From Tubulanus polymorphus (Eukaryota; Animalia; Nemertea), in assembly GCF_964204645.1 (NCBI RefSeq), contig NC_134029.1:9078850-9142849 (forward strand): a stretch of DNA of 64,000 nucleotides. Direction: 5' to 3'. The position numbers and the translations under genes were made by a program. Below the pieces are notes generated by a model. The model searched no databases. It had not been told where the DNA came from and saw only the letters and a list, made by a program, of their open reading frames with translations. How positions within the stretch are numbered: position 1 is the stretch's first letter; each line of letters starts with the position of its first letter. Shown here in pieces: positions 11,171 to 23,400 of this stretch.

Positions 11171-14100
11171 TCAAATGAAACCACAACGTTTCGGCTGTTG
11201 ACTAACAGACATCATCAGGTGGAATAACCAGAAACAGACGTGACAAAGCATATAAAGGTCGGGGCCGGTTGCATAGTCATGACATGCATTTGATGGGGAA
11301 AACTTCTCATGGCAAATTCCTATGAAATACAAGAAGACCAACATATAACCATCGCTAAGTGTTTAATTCAAAAGAGCACACGAACTTTTTTTTGATCGTA
11401 ATGCTTTGAACATATTTTCATTTATAAGCGTACCCCCAATTTTTCTTCCGTAAACTATCGTTAAAAGTATGACGAATAGAACTATAGCCATTACCCCGCA
11501 GACGATCAGAATGACGTCACGATCAATATTGTCTAATATTCCTTCTACAATAAAAAAAAAGGCGAAACGTACAAAAAGTACGTAGCCGTGAGAATGTAGA
11601 GATTCCGGCATGCAAACTGTACCTTCCACTTTGATGGCGGTAACGTGTCTCGAATATAGGATGTTGCCATCATCGTCAACTGACTTAACTCTATAACTGT
11701 AGAAGCCGTCGCCATTGATGCGTGCCTGCATCTGTCCAATCAACGACGAGAAATTGTACGTCATACAGCATTCAGTTGTAGCTGCAGTCTGATTGCCTAC
11801 GCAGCAAGCCAGAACACTGACAGTGAAGTGTTGTTTGATAGGTCCCGGTACGCTTACTGTCAATTTCTTGGCGGATTGGAAAATAACTACTGAATCAACT
11901 AACTTCAGAGTCGAAGGCGATTCTGATGTCAAAGGCGCCTTATCTGAAATTTCATGGTGGAGGTTATCTTATAAATAGGTATATGTAATATGGTGACGAA
12001 CTGAATGGGGTACCCGCACCGCCACTGTGGAAATCGAGGATACCACGTATGGCAGGCGAGGATTCATCCGCGTCCGAATTCTTCTACATTTCAATTAAAA
12101 CTGAATGAACTTTTCTCAGAAATGAATCAAGTATTTATATAAGAACTATACCGATATATGAGTATGAAAATGAATTTATTGTATATTTGGTGGGTGCTGT
12201 GATAATATATGGATTCGGGAGTCGAAAAATTCCACTGAAAATGACCTATATTTTTTGACAAGACCTATTGCTCGTCACGCCATCTAGTGGGATAGGTGGT
12301 GTTGCGGGTTCCCTATTGAATCACAATATAGGCGTTCAATACATACCTTCGGTCTTGACGAAAATTGACTCAGATGGATAAGCAGTCGAATAACTCGATA
12401 GAGAATACCGGCCTTTAACCCTGATTTCGTATTTACTGGATGGATGCAAACCACTCAAATGTGTCTCAATTACTGCAGAGTAACTTTCTCGGGTATTTGC
12501 GAGGATAGGTGTATTCGTCCAATTAGCGCTTCCCACCAGACGGTATTCAACCAAAAAAATCTTACTTCGCTGTGAAGAAAATGTGACCCATGAGATCCGA
12601 GCTGCTTCGGAGGTCACAGATAAGATTTGCAGGTTTTTTGCTAAAATCTGGGATGCTAGAAAAGAAATATGACAAATGAAGCCGGTTCCCTTGCCGTACT
12701 GCATGTCTTTTTCTCAAGTAACATTACATCAAAAAAATTCACAAAATGTATGTTTTCATGAAGAAAAGTTGCTATTTCTTTTCGCAAGATTCGTTTTTCG
12801 CATTTATTTGTTTGTATGATTCTGATTTTCGGAAGGGAAAAAATTGTTTTCTAGCGTCGAGAACGCTAAATCTATGTTTCAACTATATCTTTATTTGAAA
12901 GCACTAAGATATTATCAATCAAAGGAAATTAGTTGGAATAAATTTCCCAGGCTCTAACGTACTCGGGCGTTCACATTAGAAACATCATATATGTATGTTC
13001 ATTATATCATCTCGCAACAAGCAAAGTCAACGGACCAAAATAAGGCATAAGCAATGACATTGATATGCACCAGTTTCAGTGATCGTCCTTACCTGGAGCG
13101 ATTAACTGTATATTGAAATACGAACGCAAAAGAGTCGTCGTATTCTGAAGATAACATGAATAATTTCTATAATCATCCAGTGTAATTGCCTCTATCCGTA
13201 TTCTCCGTTGCCCATAGAATTCTTTCTTTCCACGTCGGACTCCCCAGTTCGTAGGTCTGACTCTAACGACGCGTTTTTTACTGACTCGACAGCCCCTGAA
13301 TAGCGGACGATCGGCGGTTCCACAAAATAAATCGGTTACGTCATCCGTGTTCATTTGATGATAGAATATTTTGAATTCAGCCTTGTCTCCGATGAAGTAT
13401 TTTCGTATCAATCTTGATGCCGGAGTGTATATATTTGGTGGTTCTGATGAGAGCAAAAATATGTTCGCTTGGAACGGAAGTCGTTTTGAAAAAATTAAAT
13501 CAAATGGCCCGGTATTAGCCACCAATAAACTGACAGAATGGTATGCAAAAAAATTAATCTAACTTGATTGACGAATGAATAAGATAGACTCAATGAAAAA
13601 GAACTTACTGTCACACGGCACTAACTTTTTCCGATCGTTTTTACAGAATACTTTAACCGTAATATCGCGTTCGTCGTATCCCGCTCTGTTCTCTTTATAA
13701 CACATGTACCGACCGCTGTCGTTTACTGCAATAGCGGGGAAAACGAGCTTGCTTTTATTGTCGATTCTGACTGGTTCCACGGATATCGGCCCTTCCTCCC
13801 TGATCCAGTTGTAAATCAATGGTTTCAGAACGTACGAATAATCACCATTACAGATGAGTACCAATTCATGTCCTCTTTCCACGATGATCGTCCGGTCGAC
13901 GGCGTCTCTATCCCATTTAAATCTGGTTGAGGCTACCGCGATTTCTGCTTCGTCCGGACCATCTAGAAATTGTAATTGAATGGTAAATGGATGGTGAATT
14001 AAGACAGTGTTCATGAAGACTATGATTTTGACTATTACCTATCTAAGGAATAATGTAATTTTTTAGATATACTATTTAGGTAAACTGATACAGTATAAAT

Positions 14101-15454
14101 AATCAAGAAAATCAAGAACGTATGCCCGTTTCTTCATTTGGACTGTTTTTAATCAAGAAATAAAGAATTATATCCTTTCTCATTAAGTTTTATTCAATAT
14201 CTCTTCAGTGTTCAGTATACGTAAACGTATGATGATTTACCGATTACTGGAACTTCCACTGATGCTAACACGATGTCATTATATTTACACACCCAAGTTC
14301 CGCCATAGTTACGCATCATTTTGCGCGTATAAATTCCATACATCCGCTTCCGAGCCCATGCCCGTTCACAATCACCATAGATATCGTGGTAGTAATGAAA
14401 ATAATCTTTTCTCGTCTGTGCATAGAAATAATCGTTATTGAATATAATGAATAAGCCTTGCAACTTTAGTCTTTCAAGTTATAGGTAAGTTTTATTAATC
14501 TAATAGCTAGGACGATTAAGAACACTATACGTCGTAAGAAATGTTTCGAAAAATTTTACGACTTATGCCATTGTTTATCTGAAAAAATTTGATTCGTCGT
14601 TACATACTTCAAGGTGTGACGTGGACGTAGGTTTCATTATCATTTATATGACATAGCCTTTATCTCCAAAATGGGTATGGCATACAAGTGAATAAAAATT
14701 AACTCATCCAAGGAGCTACAATAGCTAAATTCAGTGGACTTACTTCGCATTCCATTCTAGTGTAATTGACTTCATACGTTGTGATGTTATCGCGAATTTG
14801 AACCAAGGAGATCTGTTCACCGCAAAAATCTTCCTTGTTATCGACAACACAATGGATCCATGCTTCCTCGCCCCATATGGTTTCTTCTGCAGGTTTCACT
14901 CGCATAGACATCTTTGAGAACGGTTTACAATCATCATCGGGCCCTACATCTAATAGGGACCAAAATGCCAACTATATTGGGTGATTTCCTCAATTTTAGG
15001 GTCGACTTCTTTTTACTCGATGGTTCAATTGTGGTCAACTCAATCTTAATTTTTAATTATTTCAATTCTGCACTACGATTAAAATTTGGAACAGGTTTTG
15101 GAGCATTAAATACCCTCTAGCTTTATCTTTGAATAAGTAGAATAACACCTTAGAAATTGGTTCTTTCTAGAAATATCAAGGTTCAGATCATGAATGTGGC
15201 ATGGTGTGGTCGAGTTGTATAGCTGTCGGCCATTCATGGCCTAATCAACCCAGGGTTTATGTTTTCTATTTCTGGTTGAGACAGAGTGTCCCCTAGACTG
15301 GCTCGTAATTGTCATGTGACAAAAAGAAATGAACCTGTCAATAATGTTCTCAGTGCAAGTCTAAAGAAAATGTAAAAATATAGAATTACTTACTTAGGAC
15401 CTCTACCACACATATGAATAACCATACAATAATAACAGTTTCGAAACAATTCAT
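11171..15454 (-). CDS. Ig-superfamily single-pass membrane receptor, tandem paralog B (~665 aa)
   Basis: Exons 15454-15394 (SP MNCFETVIIVWLFICVVEVL), 14949-14744, 14415-14241, 13962-13645, 13443-13093, 12655-12347, 11943-11623, 11544-11434 (TM), 11319-11171. The last exon diverges from paralog A after ~30 nt. All exons are in frame and homologous to A. The 3' end is tentative. Confidence 0.8.
11181..11222 (-). ncRNA. Minimal type-I hammerhead ribozyme motif (Penelope-like type)
   Basis: Minus strand: CCAC-CUGAUGA-UGUCUGUU-AGUC-AACAGCC-GAAACGUU-GUGG. Stem I CCAC/GUGG, stem II CUGUU/AACAG, palindromic AACGUU stem III. Confidence 0.65.
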
Positions 15455-16408
15455 CCTGTCATATATCTACATATACATAACGGTCATCAGTTCGTGATCA
15501 GTTTAATTCTAGTGTTCGTATTGCTGATTATACTCGATTTGTTAATATGGCGCATATATACAACTGTATACGCGAACTGTGTGTGTTTGCTATTGCAGAA
15601 AGCCGCAAAAGGGTCACTGGTGATGGAGATGCCAAAATAATTCTAAGCCAATATGTACGTTAATTGGTATAGTGGTAAATTAGATACACGGGTAGACCTA
15701 ATGAAAAGCCAATGTACACGCACCTGACACGTGAGCAACTAATGTGGACGCTGCATTTCAACTCCTGTGACCAGAACTAGCAAATGGCCGATCACGTCGA
15801 GTAGAAGAAATGTAACCGATTTCCCTGACGGCGCAAATGCTGTTTTAGAGTATGGAACTTGTCAGCGGCTATTACTCGATTGATATTCATCAATATTCAC
15901 CCGATGTATCGGATGAATATTAATGGTCCCAATTTTTCCTTCTCGTTTTTCTAAGAAATTTATTCTGTCAGATATTTAGTCAGATTTTTTAAGTCGGAAA
16001 CTCGCCGAAAAAAATATTTTTGGTCCAAAATGAAATATCAGTGAAAATCACACATCGAAAGTCGGAGGGTAATTTTCATCTCAATTGCAGTTTGCATTCT
16101 TCCCGTTCCGACCCCTGTTCCTGGCTTGAAATCGACGACACATGTCAAAAGTCGTTATTCTAGTTATGCTCGTGCATTAAAATACAAAAAGTAAACCCGA
16201 AATGTTTCAGTGTTTTTAAATAATTTTTGCAGATCTTGATTTTTCCGTTAATAACAGAAATTAATCCTTAAGTCGTAGTTTTCAGGAAAAGGCTCGAAAT
16301 CTGGCTTATGTCAAATCTTAAGTCGGAGGATTTTCCTTGATCCCAAAAGATCCGACTTACGCAAGGTTTACTGTATTCTTTTCTCAGGTCATTATAAAAG
16401 ATTAGGTA

Positions 16409-16696
16409 CTGGGGCGTAGCCAGGATTTTCTGTGTAACTGGTTCAGTTTTTGAGAAAGTGGAACTTGCACATCCTACCTTTGTTGAAAGAAGTCGCGATG
16501 CTGACAAGAGGGTCTTGGGGCCCCTGAGAATTTTTAAAAAGAAAAGAGACAAGGAAGTAACTTTTCAAAGGGTGAAAGTAAAACAAAATGTATCCTTTAA
16601 TCTTCAAAGAATATTTTGGGGCCGAAATACAATGTAACTCTTTTTTGGTGGGAAGTGCAAAAAATCTCCCCGCTATCTATCTAGGCTACGCCTCTG
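16409..16696. mobile_element. MITE (ctggggcgtagccag...ctaggctacgcctctg termini)
   Basis: Imperfect terminal inverted repeats of the CAGGGGCGTAGC type. Confidence 0.5.
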
Positions 16697-17012
16697 ATAT
16701 GTGTGCTGCCTATATTCGAGTAACTGGGTCTAACGCATGTTCATCTTTTTGTAGTGCATCTTGGTTGAGAAGGTTTATGCAAGAACATATGGACATGCAG
16801 TAGTTGATTTGAATGTTCACGTTACACCTACATGATAAGTTTAATAATTACATCATATGATAGTTAAGACAATAAAAGATTGACGGAATTAATTTCACGT
16901 CAAATGAACTTTACTATCTAGCTTCAAGTAGTTTCTGTTGAGTTACAACATTTCTTCAGCGTGCAAAAATCGAGTACTTTTATTATGTAGTATATTTCCA
17001 TTCGTGATTTCG

Positions 17013-19312
17013 CTAACCCAAAATTTCCATTGTAAAATTATCGATAACTGCCTTATCTGAAATTTTCACCTTGAACAGAATTTCTTTATTTCTGGAAGTG
17101 ACTATGGATTCTTTCGCTGTCACTTCACTAATATAAGTCGGTGAAGTGGTCGTATTATGTTTCAATCTTACATCGTTGACGTACAGAATCCCGTCAGTGC
17201 ATCTCACCATTACCCATTTCGAACCGCTGACTAGTTTTCGATCAACCAGGTAGTAATTCATTCTTTTCGATGGTAAACTCATACACCCAGCTTCGTATTT
17301 ACCATGCTTCCAGATTGCCATGACGTATTTGGTGTAAATGCGCACGATTCCATCAGTCGCGCGGATGAAAAACGAAATCGAGTAGTTCTTCATACCGGTA
17401 GTGATTTCATCTGTTTTACTGCCAAAGCGCAGGTAAATACGGGACTCTGGAGACAATAGAGCCTGGCTCATATTGATACCCTCGGTCAGAGTAGGTTTGA
17501 CTGTGTTTCGACCGTCATCTGCGGTCATATTCGTTCCCTCTCCGAACACGATACCTCGGTCCGCGTCGATTTTTTCAAAATCGAAAAAATAGTGGAATCT
17601 GCGCAACGATGCTCCTGCACCTGAAAATTGTTTTGGACAAATCGAACACCCTCATTGACCTTGAGTTTTATATTTTTTTCATTTCAGTGGTACATACAGT
17701 GGAACCTCGTTAATGCAAATCCTATGGGAAAAGCCGGTGACCTTGTATCAAATGTTCGTATTATCCGAACCTAAATTGATTTGAATATCGTAGTTAAGAC
17801 ATGCTGGAAATCGTCGTAAATACCTGCTTTCTTCTCAAATAGAATCGTATCAACGAGGTTCGCAACTGTATGTAGATTTGGAGCTTTACTGAAAGGTTAC
17901 CATACATAGGCATGGTCGAGTTGTAGAAGAGAAACTATTCTTACCGTTTTGTTCTTTCTTGAGAAATCTTTTTTTATTTATCTGAATAAAGAATAAGCAA
18001 AGATGTCGTTAGGTAATCTTATCATAATTTCACCGAATTGGTTAAGAGAAGAAGAGGGTCATCATTGCTACGCAGATTTAGATTTACACATATACGACAA
18101 TCTGTATAACCACTGGCCAATCAAGTAGACTAGCTCTATTGGTCTACTGGTTAGCACGCTTGCTTTCTACTTAAAGACCTAGGTCGATCCCCGGGCCGGT
18201 GAGTGCCCGTAATTTCACTGTCACTCCTCTTTATCGTTACATTGGTGGAGAACCTGAATGATTTTGGTAATACCTCACCATGCATGGGCAACAGGATAAA
18301 GAAATTATTATAATGATATATATACATAATATAAATAATTTATAGTAATATATGATATATATAAAAACCCGAGGATAGCCGAAATTAGAGGAGGGCAGCG
18401 TTACGCATATGCGACAAGCTGTAACCACTTGGAGCGGGATCTTAACAATAGTAGAATAGTACGCAGATACGATGCATTTCTATGTAAATTATATACGATC
18501 GTAAAGATTTACTATTCTATCGCTATCCAAAAAAGGTTTTCTACTATTCTTCTATTCTAAAGGATAGTCAGAATAGTTGGATTTAAAAATACTTAACTAT
18601 TTTACTATTTAATCGACGATTTTTCTGATTATGACCAAAACTATTCTAACGATCGTTATGATCGAGTACGATCGTGATAGAATAGTTACTTTTCTACTAT
18701 TCTATTATTCTAAAGAAATGAAAGAATATAAATAGTAGGATAAGTACGTAGAATAGTAGAATAGTTAACTATTCTTAAAGAAATGAAAAGATAGTAGAAA
18801 AGGTAAGTAGAATAGCAGAATAGTAGAATAGTAAACTATTCAACTATTATAAAATCCCACACCATTATGCACTGCCACTTCTCTTAGTCGTTACATCATC
18901 ATCGATGACTTGCATATGTCACGATTTCATTATAAGTAAGAATGAAAAAAAATGAGTGTACTGAAATTCTCACCTTGAAGTACTTGATTGTGCTGTTTTT
19001 AATGCTGCACGCGTCGCTTACGTTTACTTCATACAGGCAGCAATTTCCTCTGTCGTTTAAGGACATGGCCGAACATTTTTCCTCATTCATACAATTAGCT
19101 GCGCATTCGACAACGCAGCGAACCTTCCTGTTTCCGATAACGATGTTTTTTTCCCAGTTTAGCGAATTTTTCGCGCCCTGTTCATCGCCTATCGAACATT
19201 CTGGCAGACGAGTAAATTTCTGAAACCGGATCTCGGTCGAAGCTACGGCCGCGACGACGAAGAAAATGACCTGTAAAACGTTGTTCGCAATCATCGTGTT
19301 CAATAGATTCAT
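17013..19312 (-). CDS. Secreted PAN/Apple-domain + concanavalin-A/LamG-like domain protein (~327 aa)
   Basis: Exons 19312-18974 (signal peptide MIANNVLQVIFFVVAAVAS; PAN pattern ECAANCMNEEKCSAMSLNDRGNCCLY), 17981-17945 (37-nt exon INKKRFLKKEQN) and 17620-17013 (YFFDFE..SQAL..YSISFFIR..LYVND..IDNF, LamG-like jellyroll motifs). Phases are consistent. TATA-like TATATAAA on the minus strand near 19382-19389. Confidence 0.75.
17697..17868. mobile_element. Tc1/mariner/pogo-type MITE
   Basis: TA|cagtggaacctcgtt ... aacgaggttcgcaactg|TA: TIRs with TA TSD. Confidence 0.65.
18133..18210 (+). mobile_element. tRNA-derived SINE head (degenerate)
   Basis: A-box-like tggtctactgg and B-box-like ggtcgatcccc at tRNA spacing; no complete cloverleaf. 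Confidence 0.45.
18434..18860. mobile_element. Foldback/MITE-like element with internal (aatagtag)n repeats
   Basis: Termini gcgggatcttaacaatagtagaatagt / actattcaactattataaaatcccac are imperfect inverted repeats; internal repeats occur in both orientations. Confidence 0.55.
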
Positions 19313-20402
19313 ATGTCTCTTTTAAATCCACCGTTGGCCAAAGAACGATAGCAAATGTTGGAAAATGAACAAATCCCTTGGTTTATATATGTTTTACTTA
19401 AGCTTATCTTTAAAAGCAACTCCATCTATTTTCTGTATCCCTGAATGCATCTCGGGCTAACATTTTAATGGTCTCATAACGTGGAGCTTTACAGTTTTGT
19501 CATAAAGCTTCAAACATGAAAATGGAAATAATGGAATATAAACCCATAGGCTATATATCTTTTATAAACTGCTGCTATCTAAAGTGACTAAAGAGTAAGA
19601 TTTTCTCAAATCTTACTTCGGGCCCAAACGCGCCAATCAATCCCAGTATATTCATTGTGACGTTCATCGAGATTACCAATTCTTCAAATAAATTTTCAAC
19701 TCTCCTTCCAGTGACATCAATTTGAAAAAGTGTTCACGGATGGAATCAGGTCGACTCTGTTTTGTAGGGGGTATGGATTTTTCGAATGCGTCTTTATTCA
19801 TTTCTTGATTGAATCCAGGGTTACGTTTCCCAATACATTTCCCCCTCTACAGCACTCCCTCGCAGAATCGTCACCCACAAAAGTTCATAGGCGCTAGCCC
19901 ACAATCTAAGCCAGGCGTAGGTCGGCTTGCGACGCAACGACCCACCGACCTACGCTTCGGGTTGCAACTGCCAGCAGCACCAGTCGCAATAGTCTGGTTA
20001 GGTTTCCCAATACATTTGCCCCTCTAGCACCCGGGCCTCGCCCGCTAGCTCGGACGCAGCCTTCTTCGACTAAAAATCGTCCGGACTTACAAGTGAAAAA
20101 AGCAAAAATGAAAATGGACATGGATAGAAAAATGGTAAATATACGTCATGAGCTCTGATACTTTCTATTATATGTATTTTTAAATTCCGGTGTATTTGAA
20201 TTACGGCATTAAATGCCGACACCGACACCGTCCGGTGTCCGGGTCGAACTTTTTATTTCAGCCGTCGGCAAGCGAGGATTATTTAACAAGACCGTCAACT
20301 AGCGTCACCTAGTAGTCGAAATTCACGTCGCATACCATTTTATGGTGAAATTTTGGAAAATTTCATGAAATTCTGTCCATTTAGTTGTCAATAGCGCCTA
20401 AA

Positions 20403-23400
20403 ATGGATTCTCAAGAACATTCCAAAACGTCGGAAGATGCTGTTAACGAACAGTCTGTCTTGAGCAGTTCTGAATCAAAGGAAAATCAAAACGATGTATG
20501 TCTATTTTAACCAATTTTTTTGAATTCAACATTCATTTCATTCATGGTAGGCCTACTACTTTTCTTGTCTTAACCTCCAGTTTGTTTTTGGATTGTCTGG
20601 CATTTTTTAATTCCATTCATTTGACTCTTTATTTACTTAAGCCGCGCGTAGGCCTAGAGGTCGGCCTTGCAACACCACGAGCATGACGAGATCGTCGCAA
20701 TCTTTGCGATACGATTGTCGTCAGCCATACCATCATCGCTGACATAAACCACAGGGGTTTGGCGATGGGCTTGGATTTTATTTCCGGGTTGTTGATAATC
20801 TCGCGAGAATGGCGCTAAATATGAACTGCGAATAAATTCAAAATATCACGGAAATACCGTGTGTTTATATTGTTTATTTATCCGCTATAAAGTTCTGATA
20901 AACAATTGGTCGTTAAGAATCATTATCAGACGGTCGTCACGCTACTATATAAAAGAACAAGGGATGAAACGCCTTCAGAGTTGTGCCAGCCAGAAAGTTG
21001 GGACAGTCACGTGACTTAACGCTTCTTATTTGACTGAACGCGAACCTGAAGCATATAAGATGGAAACTATGATACGAAAAATATTTGAGAATAACTTACA
21101 TTCAAATGCATTTTTTTACTATGAATTATATATTTCGTCATAATTTATTCCTTATAAGTTATTTATATCATATGAATCATAATCTGACAATTGATATCGG
21201 TCTGTGAATATGTTAACTTTTCGTGTTGAAGTTTTAAATGCGATGACGTCATCAGAATGTCACGTGACTGTCCCAACTTTCTGGCTGAAAATTTAAGTAC
21301 AGCGGAGGCCTGGCGTTTCATCCCTTGTGATTTTATATAGTAAAGCGTGACGACCGTCTGATAATGATTCTTAACGACCAATTGTTTATCAGAACTTTAT
21401 AGCGGATAAATAAATAATATAAACACAAGGTATTTCCGTGATATTTTGAATTTATTCGCAGTTCATATTTAGCGCCATTCTCGTGAGATTATCAACAACC
21501 CGGAAATAAAATCCAAGCCCATCGCCAAACCCCTGTGACACAAACGTGTCGCAACCAGATTGTTGTGCGACTAATATTTGCCAGAGCAAGAGTGGCTAGG
21601 TTGAAGCGATGCGATGCGTGATTTTGGTTGTCACTTGGTAACTAAAATTGGCATCAAACAAATATCTAAGAAGATAAAGATAAAACATTTCAATTCCTGA
21701 CGATTTGCCCAGGTCTACAAGGGAAAAGTGGGTTTCTAACACTCAGAATGAACAAGCGAGTTCGAACTGCAGTATTTCTGGAAAAAAGTTGCGTCGATAT
21801 CTGTCCCAAGAGCGTGTAGGTCAGTTGTGACTGGGAGCAATGGGGACGCGTTGCAGAAATTAGAACATGTGTCACACATTGCGACTGGTGTTGCTGGTAG
21901 TTGCAACCCGAAGCGTGGGTCGTTGCGTCGCAAGCCGACCTATGCCTGGCTTAGATTGTGGGCTAGCGCCTATGTATTTTTGTGGGTGACGATTCTGATT
22001 GAATTCAATAAGGTCAGTTGTTGTAGGCGCTTTCTTAGTTCTTATCGTTGGGCTCTACTGGAAGATCTAAGTGATGATGACTAGAAGTTCTGCCATCACA
22101 GAGCAGGCCCGTACGCAGGCTCTACTTTGGGTGGGTGTGATTTCAGATATGGCAGAACTTATTAGACGACGGAGCCTGGAATAACGAGCGCCACAGATAC
22201 GATGCCTCCTGTGGGGGGTTTAGGGCTCCTCTAAGAATATTTTGAAAATTTGAAGCGTTTTAAAGACATATCCAGCAAATGTTAGTGAATATTTCATTTA
22301 ACAAAATGCATAATCCAATAGATTTTCTTTGACAAAAAATAGTGGCACTCAGGATCTTGTGGGTAGTTGTGTTCGTTTGGTACGGGCCTGCAGATGAGGA
22401 AGAATTGACAGAAACTTCCAATCGCAGTTATTGAAAGTGACAATAGATAATTACTCTTCTGGAACATCCCCGGCGGGGGAGGGATTCGAACCTGATGGCA
22501 TCAAGACTCGACACGGTATGAAATCCTGTGACACTAGACCGGCTGCGCAGCTCCATGCACAGCTTAGATGATCTTATCATTAGGAATCCTGTTTTATTTT
22601 AGCCTAACTGGGTCTATTTTTCCATAGTTTATCCGTGATATTTGCCTCAGCAGTGATTATACAACGGGCAATCTGTTCGGTACCGCAAGTTTTGCTGCGA
22701 CAAACTGGCGCACCCAGTCTAGTGTAGCAGGGTTCGTGCCATGGCTGAGTCTAGCAATGCCGTCTGGTTCGAATCCTTGCCTGGGAAGAATGTTGAAAGA
22801 GCACAATCGAAAGGGCATAGTTTGTGACCAAATGGCTTTCCTCGCGAAATAAATGATGCTTGTTCTTAAAATTTTTTTTTTTTTTTATCAGTTATGAAAG
22901 ATAACATTTTAATCCGTGACCGGTTCATATAATTATTCTAGGAACAAATACAACAACAGGATGAAGAAGCCCAGAAATTGGAGGAGCAGAAAATATTAGC
23001 AGAAAAACAGAAAATCGAGGAGGAAAAATTCAAATCGAAATATCCGATGTATAATAATGCCGGCGCCGGTAATACATTATTACAGAAAAGGCTTCATCGC
23101 GGAGTAAGTATTGTCTTATATCACATGGCTCCTACAGCCCCTAAAAATCCTAAAATACCCTAAAATTTTGGGATTCCTTTTTTTTGGGGGGAGAAATGCC
23201 CTAAAATTCTGGCTTTGATACCTCAGGCCCCTAAAATTCTGGAATTCATGTCTGTAAAGAAATTTGATGATCATTTGTGGATGTGATGCTATATGTAAAA
23301 CATCATCATTGCAGGCTATTATATTCCTTTGAATTGTGTTTTAAGGTAGTAGCTCAATTCAGCTCATTGTTTCGGCTGGTCACAATGATAAGAAAAAGTC

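Larger units (their letters stand above)
10675..15745. repeat. Segmental tandem duplication unit B
   Basis: Collinear homology with ~2020-10110, including upstream and downstream flanks. Confidence 0.85.
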
